A stretch of DNA of 64,000 bases from Naegleria gruberi (lineage: Eukaryota): the NCBI GenBank assembly GCA_000004985.1, contig GG738850.1; one strand, given 5' to 3'. Shown in pieces: positions 59,101 through 64,000 of the stretch. Each line of letters begins with the position of its first letter. Position 1 is the stretch's first letter. The notes below the pieces were generated by a model. That model had not been told where the DNA came from. It saw nothing but the letters and a program-made list of their open reading frames with translations, and did no database searches. The position numbers were made by a program, and so were the translations under genes.

Positions 59101-59674
59101 AACCTTGTCCCTTACTGACACTTATGGAAGCATGATTTATAAGAAAAACCTTCATGCATTTGTTGACATGCTCCCTAAATCAAATTGTACTGTTAAAATT
59201 GCTGAACATCCGGTTACAGTTAGTGTTTTTAATGGAATACTCTACTTTTACAATATTACAGTAGCATGTGTAACTTCTTCAAAATTGCCAACAGTTAAAG
59301 TGTATTTGAAGAACCAAAATACCGAACTATTCGTATGTGATTTTGATCCACTATTGCTTCCAAGTCAATCTTGCTACATTCTACTTCCAGAATTGATTGG
59401 ACCAACAGATGTGTTTGCCAATGTTACTCATGCAACCCAGGAATTGGTTGCCCTATTACCTGTTGCAGAAGTAAGTGAATTGATTCCTATTGGAAGTCTA
59501 AGAGAAAGACAAACAACTCCCTCAGCAGATATTGATTCTCTTCAACAAATGTTCTACCAATATTTTGCCAATCCAAGAGATGTTGAAAACACATCTATGT
59601 TACTTCAAACTCAAATCAAAAAACTGCTCTACTTACACTACCCAGAAAAGGAGCTTTCGTATCCAAATCTCTAA
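56102..59674 (+). CDS. Secreted 1190-aa paralog of the giant EGF/REJ-like family (signal peptide, about 14 EGF-like repeats, REJ/PKD-like module, no TM in this ORF)
   Basis: ATG at 56102, signal MQISSRNVFVVVLLVIGLLSNNVYS; EGF-type Cys spacing; shared post-EGF motif GPSTYLGGVVDCSTLLSSS...VLFYEWTLISSTSS aligning with GPASYTQSKVDCSRLISSS...PLKYYWTIVSSPS in 48679..55723. Confidence 0.75.
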   Translation: MQISSRNVFVVVLLVIGLLSNNVYSFNASVCPTFNSQACNGAALLNPCASGGEETNYCDCFGFGSGGFSAFYGGVACETFQCYKVDMHIGIGLYDQYICSNNGDCIGPNSCQCNQGYTGYKCQYSIADISCFNLPANSSTVCSGKGKCTHPNECLCNKGYEGLNCEKFRCYGHLNSDSNACSGKGKCIDWNVCDCDNGNSGKNCELVSTVGSSIQRVCFGIPNTNNSVCNNRGVCVGPDSCVCNPGYFGSECEHSFCFSIPQNDSSVCNGRGFCNEKDSCNCLSQLSNVLISGSECEYLQCKGTFGQYYFSTDSTNVCSGNGICTLNGCNCTEGYSGEFCQDYFCGGVPNYSPSSCSGHGNCIAPDDCSCYTNSTHGFWIGSDCSVCDSSHHGSDCLSSVNCDRYETCNGQGNCSSNHTCLCDDGFEGEFCDECSNDRYGWDCKQFCSRISSCYGHGECSRDGQVCECDYSQSTGFWKGNNCSSCADGFFGDDCLTKVGSTFEFNSLGNEIYFDLNGPSTYLGGVVDCSTLLSSSSYSSIGSSLAKCIFKTPLIPSRISIELASTSTIKPGDSLEVNLKVFDAQHLPRSLSTLSCSASNISSPIAEIVYHNTLVRYSENLVLTGRNRLGIPRERVLFYEWTLISSTSSFNSLSSVVSSGSGLGKSVLNISNTDLPDNNAFAIQLKVKHPDFNLWSNYVIVNFTKEDQPIVQSPYKKYEVYIYPPLDPYYVTEFVFPITVPYQVLEDGVPVDTSSFTAISWTFDPDIQASGQSIFTVDTTTNGVLSFDATISEMENTIVTVKCDVIENNVVLTSSSFKIKSVAEYKPSLKTNETDYGVFFNIGSLKGMPLQQSYWECHAPTQHQGKCEPEIEAFFKDATNKKSVFIPNEYLYKYKVLYYARVSMVVNGAHYKGQADAFGKKGLEILKIGNEDVKHYVYLSRTQQTNYILYYDNTRQSMTSPPSYSMFDELGNNITDILVLDATNKRIIINPTAIPSQSTLLTLSLTDTYGSMIYKKNLHAFVDMLPKSNCTVKIAEHPVTVSVFNGILYFYNITVACVTSSKLPTVKVYLKNQNTELFVCDFDPLLLPSQSCYILLPELIGPTDVFANVTHATQELVALLPVAEVSELIPIGSLRERQTTPSADIDSLQQMFYQYFANPRDVENTSMLLQTQIKKLLYLHYPEKELSYPNL

Positions 59675-59684
59675 TCATAAAATT

Positions 59685-62600
59685 TTAATTGAATTCATTA
59701 TTGATTTTTCTCTTTCTTGAGAATATTTCTGCATCTCTGGAAACAAATGGAAAAACAGCAAACCAAATCATACACAATAAACAACTAGAAACCAAACACC
59801 ACCCAAGACCTAAACTGAATGCAATCTCATTATTATCACTAACAATACTATCGTCATCATTGAAAGAGAATGGGAATCTGAATATGGTCTCAGTAATCAT
59901 GGTAGAAATCAACATGGCCGAGAGAAGCAGAGGGGCAAAGTATTTGACTAAAAAGCACCAAACCCACAAAACTGTCTGTGTTGCCAAATCAGTGCATTTG
60001 TAAACAAATGTATTCTCAGTGAAAATATTTTCCTCTCCATCTTCATTCTCCTCAGTAGCATACTTTTGAATAATCTTTTGTTTTTTAGCAAGAATGTGGT
60101 TTTTAAATCTCTCAACAGAGAAGAAGGCCGCTCCTTTCCAATATTTCTTTGGGTTGTTTTTCAGTTTTCTGAATGCATGTGTGAGATTAGGGCAGTGAAT
60201 CAAATATTTGAAAAATACCACAAAGTGGGTGGCCATGATTTTACAACGTTTTGTAAATCTTGCACACACAGAGGTGTCTCCCTCCAAAACCATATCAACT
60301 ATTCCCTCCTCTGATGGCTCTATCATTTGAATCATTTCTTCTTGCCATTTTTCATGGTTAGCTGCCAAAGCTTCATTAATCTTGTTAACGATATCCTTCT
60401 CTTCCAATTCACTGCATTGACTTTCAAACATTTTACTTCCAAATGCAAAATATCCAACAACTATACACTCAGCCAATCCCATCAAAACTAGACAATAATT
60501 TGAAATGTAGTGATCCACAATTCTAATCAAGTAGTATCCATTATTAAGAGTGAACGGCAATCCTAAAATGAAGCCAACAAGGCAAACAATAAAAGTTGCC
60601 ACGTTTCTGTTAGTCAACATTTTGTAAGTGAATGGCATGTCTGGTACATTGTCCTCATGAAGCAAATCTTGCTTCTCTGGAGGAAGATTAATAGTCTCCT
60701 TCTTAATAGCCACAGGAGAAGATGAAATCACATTGGATGAATCGATGGTATCCTCCAGTGGTACTTCATGTTGAGCATCAACTGCTTGTTCTGTCATTTC
60801 ATGTTCATTGTGGAAATTCTGCATGTAAATCTTTTGAACATACTTCCAACGTTGAACTTTGAGATTCCACTGCATTGAGAAGTGATCCATCAGGGCACTT
60901 GTTACACATTCCACACAAGCAAAGGCACTATCTAATCCCATTGAAAATATAGTGGCAATCAGTAAGAGAGCAGAAAAGTGAGGAACTGGCAAATAGGAAA
61001 CAGCTTGGAAGTAGACAATAAAAGCCAATCCCAATCCTGAACGAACTGTATCACTAGTAAAGAGCTTGTCAAAATCTGCAAGAGCTGTTTTCAAATAATA
61101 TTATATGAATATTAAGGTAAAAATTAATATTAAAAAAGGTTTGTGAAAAAACTTACCATTCTCACCAAACTTGTCATGAGCCATAACACCCAAAATTGAA
61201 AAGATAGTAAAGCCACTCAAAAAGGCAATAAAGCAATTGGCTGCCACCACAACAACTGAAGCAATGATAATATTTGATTTTCTACTCAAATATGAAGAAT
61301 AGGTAGAGTTGGTTCCATTTCCAACACCAACACTGAAGAATACCTGACCAGCAGCCGCCAACCAAATTTCAGTTTTCAGCAAGACACTGAAATCTGGTTT
61401 GAAAAAGTAGTACAAACCAGAGCTACTTCCCACTTCGAACAATATAGTTCTCAACAAGTAAATGGCCAATAAACAAATTGGCAAAGGTACTGAAATGAAA
61501 ACTACAAATTTGATACTGCTCACACCCTTAAAAACGCACAAAAAGTTGAAAAATACCACAACCAGTAAGCCCAATAAAATTGGCATGGAAACAAAGTCTA
61601 CTCCATAAAAATTCGATGGATAATTGCTTATCAATGTAGTTGGTCCAGTGGATTTTCTCAAAACTACAGAATTGAAGAACTCTTCAGCCTTCCCAATCCA
61701 TGGTAATTCAGCTTGGAATAAGTTTACAAAATAAACACAAGTCCAACTCAGAATTACATTATAATAACTCAAAATTAATAAACTTCCAAAAACTGTCATG
61801 GCCAAACCAACTCCACAAGCTCTTCTATTCCACTTTGAAATGGATAATATGGAAGATCTTCTCGACATGACACCAAGTGAAAATTCCAACAAGGTCAATG
61901 GCAATCCCAAAACAACCAAACAGAAAATGTAAGGAATGAGAAATCCACCACCTCCATACGTATAAACAAGATATGGAAAACGAATCAAATCTCCCAAACC
62001 AACACTCGAACCAATGGCTGCAAATAAAAAGCTAATAACTGATCCAAAATGTTGTCTCTTATCATCTTCCAATCCATTCGATCCATCATCCACAAATTTG
62101 AAACATTTCTCATTGGCAATACTTGCCAAATCCAAAGAACTCGTCTCTGAAACATTATCTGCATAATAATCCATACTAGAAGTGGCAGATAAACTTTCCT
62201 CTTCAGTTGTTGTACCTTCCTCTGATTCGAATGCTTGCTCTTCACTCTCAACTTTTGGACCCAAATCTGAATGTCTATGAATGTGATGAGAAATCTTTGG
62301 CTTGTGATTTGGTTTTCTATGGTGATGTCCATGATGACGATGATGAGAAAGTCCCCTTGTGGCATTAAGTTGTTGTTGCTGATGATGACCACGAAGATTA
62401 TTACGAGAACTTCTTCGAGAGGAATCTCTCTTCACTTCTTCCATCATTCCAGCCTGATGTTCCCTCTCAACATCTTCCATCATGATTGTTTCCTCCAACT
62501 CTTCTGGATGATGATTATGAGTGCCTTGTTGTTCTTCTCCTTCTCCAATCATTCCTCTCTTATCAAAGGCTAGAGATGATAAAGTTGTTGGAGCAGCTCC

Positions 62601-63077
62601 TACTCCGTAATGATGAATGTGTTGGGAGTAGATGGATTTGAGTGCTGAATTATTTACAACTCCAATCCTGTTGCCAATCAATTGGCTATTATCCAAACTT
62701 CTTCTCATATTATTATTGTTAATTATATTTAAATTATTTAAAGTTTTGGAGGGTGGATCCTCTCCACTACTACTACTCATCGATTGTTGTTGTTGTTGAA
62801 TGAGAAGTGTGGATGGAAGTTTGGGCGAAGAGGGTGAATTGTTATTTGTATTAGAAAATTGTTGCTGTTGTGATTGTAAAATTCTGGGTGATGACGATGA
62901 CTGAGAAGAAACTCTCGGAGAAGATGTACCTGAATTATTGTTCATCATTTCCTTCTCAAAATTGCTGTGAAAATCTTCACAATGGTTTGTTTTCAATTTT
63001 TTGGTTGTTGTCCAACAACTGAAAATTTGGTCACAACTCTGAGATGAGAATTGGTTTTGGTTAGTACTTGATTCCAC
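59685..63077 (-). CDS. SLC6/NSS-family Na+-coupled transporter, 2 exons: complement(join(59685..61084,61157..63077)); long His/Gln/Ser-rich N-terminal cytoplasmic extension
   Basis: TM1 signature GSSVGLGDLIRFPYLVYTYGGGGFLIPYIFCLVVLGLPLTLLEFSLGV (cf. [22 protein letters not shown]); GTAAGT...AACAG 72-nt intron, phase 1, links ...DKFGEN|ALADFDKLF; the first ATG is well inside the tracked ORF, whose own start codon is GTG. Confidence 0.8.
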
Positions 63078-63324
63078 AAGAGTAACAATAAGAGAGTTCC
63101 TTACGAACAGTTGAGGGTAAGAGAGCAGATTGATAAGGAGATTGATCTGTATTCATCTTCTTCAATCTTGGATGATTCCTTGGTAATCCATTCCTTATTA
63201 CGGACGAGGATTTCATCAGGATTCAATCTGGTAGCCTTGATTTGGGCAGTGTAGTGATTCAGATTTTTCATAATAAAGGGTATGTACAATTTAATAATGT
63301 GAGTAAAATCAATGTGTGTGAAAA

Positions 63325-64000
63325 TTAATTCTTCTTATTGTCTTTAAGGTCTTGATTATTCTTTCCACTTCCAAAGAGTTTTGACCAAATGTTATCATGA
63401 AGAATCCACAATAAGGTTGAGGTGAATTTAAAATAGAGAGCTGCAATGTATGGAGGTTTCATTTTGGATAAATGTGTCACAATCATGACCAATGCAGGGA
63501 AAATAAATAGTGGAATAATGCATGCAGCAAATGAGAATCGTCCTGCATTTCTCAATGAAAGACCACCCACAGGGTTATAAGGTTCCAAAATTAAATTCAA
63601 ATGATCTTGCCAAACCTTTGCAACACCATACTCTCTAGCTCCCTCTCTCAAAATATTCAAATATCTAGCACTTGGCAATGCATCAACAATATCCGGTTGA
63701 ACTGCTTGCAATGCAATTGCATCAATAGTTTGTCCAAACCATGAAGCATCCTCAGATGCCTTTCTATACTTATCTACAAAACCATCATTCGGATAGAATG
63801 GTTCATAAATCTGAGCCTGAACAATAATTTCTCTATATCCCAAATCATCATGTCCATTTCCTCCCTCTGTTCTTCTAATATGATCCATTTGTTCTCTCGT
63901 AATTTTATGCACAACACCATGACAATAACCAATCGATCCAATAGCCTTCTCCGATTTTGAAATTGAAGCAAAAGCAGGTTCAAAGTAAGGAAGACCCTTC
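63325..64000 (-). CDS. 3' part of a gene (5' end outside window) encoding a membrane protein with C-terminal TM (FSFAACIIPLFIFPALVMIVTHL); function unknown
   Basis: Frame open to the window edge; ORF 63101..63289 may be a further 3' exon. Confidence 0.35.
   Translation of the reverse strand, partial: KGLPYFEPAFASISKSEKAIGSIGYCHGVVHKITREQMDHIRRTEGGNGHDDLGYREIIVQAQIYEPFYPNDGFVDKYRKASEDASWFGQTIDAIALQAVQPDIVDALPSARYLNILREGAREYGVAKVWQDHLNLILEPYNPVGGLSLRNAGRFSFAACIIPLFIFPALVMIVTHLSKMKPPYIAALYFKFTSTLLWILHDNIWSKLFGSGKNNQDLKDNKKN

Noticed and set aside
63325-64000. Possible heme-oxygenase-like identity for the partial membrane protein
   Set aside because: A superficial ASWFG/AFWYG resemblance and a C-terminal TM. 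But the order of the other HO motifs does not match, so it is left as hypothetical.
1-64000. CRISPR arrays, prokaryotic operons or defence islands
   Set aside because: The sequence is clearly eukaryotic, with spliced genes, a GAR1 gene and signal-peptide/TM architectures. No short regular direct repeats with unique spacers were seen.

Overview
This is a gene-dense eukaryotic nuclear window, not prokaryotic. It is AT-rich, with short GT-AG introns of 43 to about 200 nt whose donors are mostly GTAAGT or GTATGT. Coding regions carry long N/S/T/Q-rich low-complexity runs typical of dictyostelid-like amoebozoans, but the organism cannot be fixed from sequence alone.

The ORF track treats GTG and TTG as start codons, and several tracked ORFs are really consecutive exons of one gene. 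Gene models rebuilt by hand across introns:
- G8-domain CEMIP/TMEM2-like gene.
- A fused CAP(PR-1) + EGF giant gene.
- Type II ENPP gene.
- TPR+MYND gene.
- Four-exon GAR1 gene.
- Two-exon SLC6 transporter.
- One multi-exon thioredoxin-like gene missed by the ORF track.

Other recognisable genes:
- Trypsin-like serine protease with three exons.
- Ferrochelatase.
- S28 serine carboxypeptidase.
- Bacterial-type PARG-like macrodomain protein.
- ER-retained (HDEL) Hsp70 nucleotide-binding-domain-only protein with degenerate ATPase motifs.
- Tandem F-box-like paralogs.
- DUF4116-repeat protein.
- Lysine-methyltransferase-like protein.

The most distinctive content is a local family of three giant secreted or membrane proteins at about 21.5-28.0, 48.7-55.7 and 56.1-59.7 kb. 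Each has 20 to 40 tenascin-type EGF-like cysteine repeats followed by a shared REJ/PKD-like module; one carries an N-terminal CAP domain, and two are divergently transcribed from a roughly 380-bp intergenic region. There are two tRNA-like elements (Leu-CAA-like and Asp-GTC-like) with imperfect stems. No CRISPR arrays and no clear mobile elements were seen.
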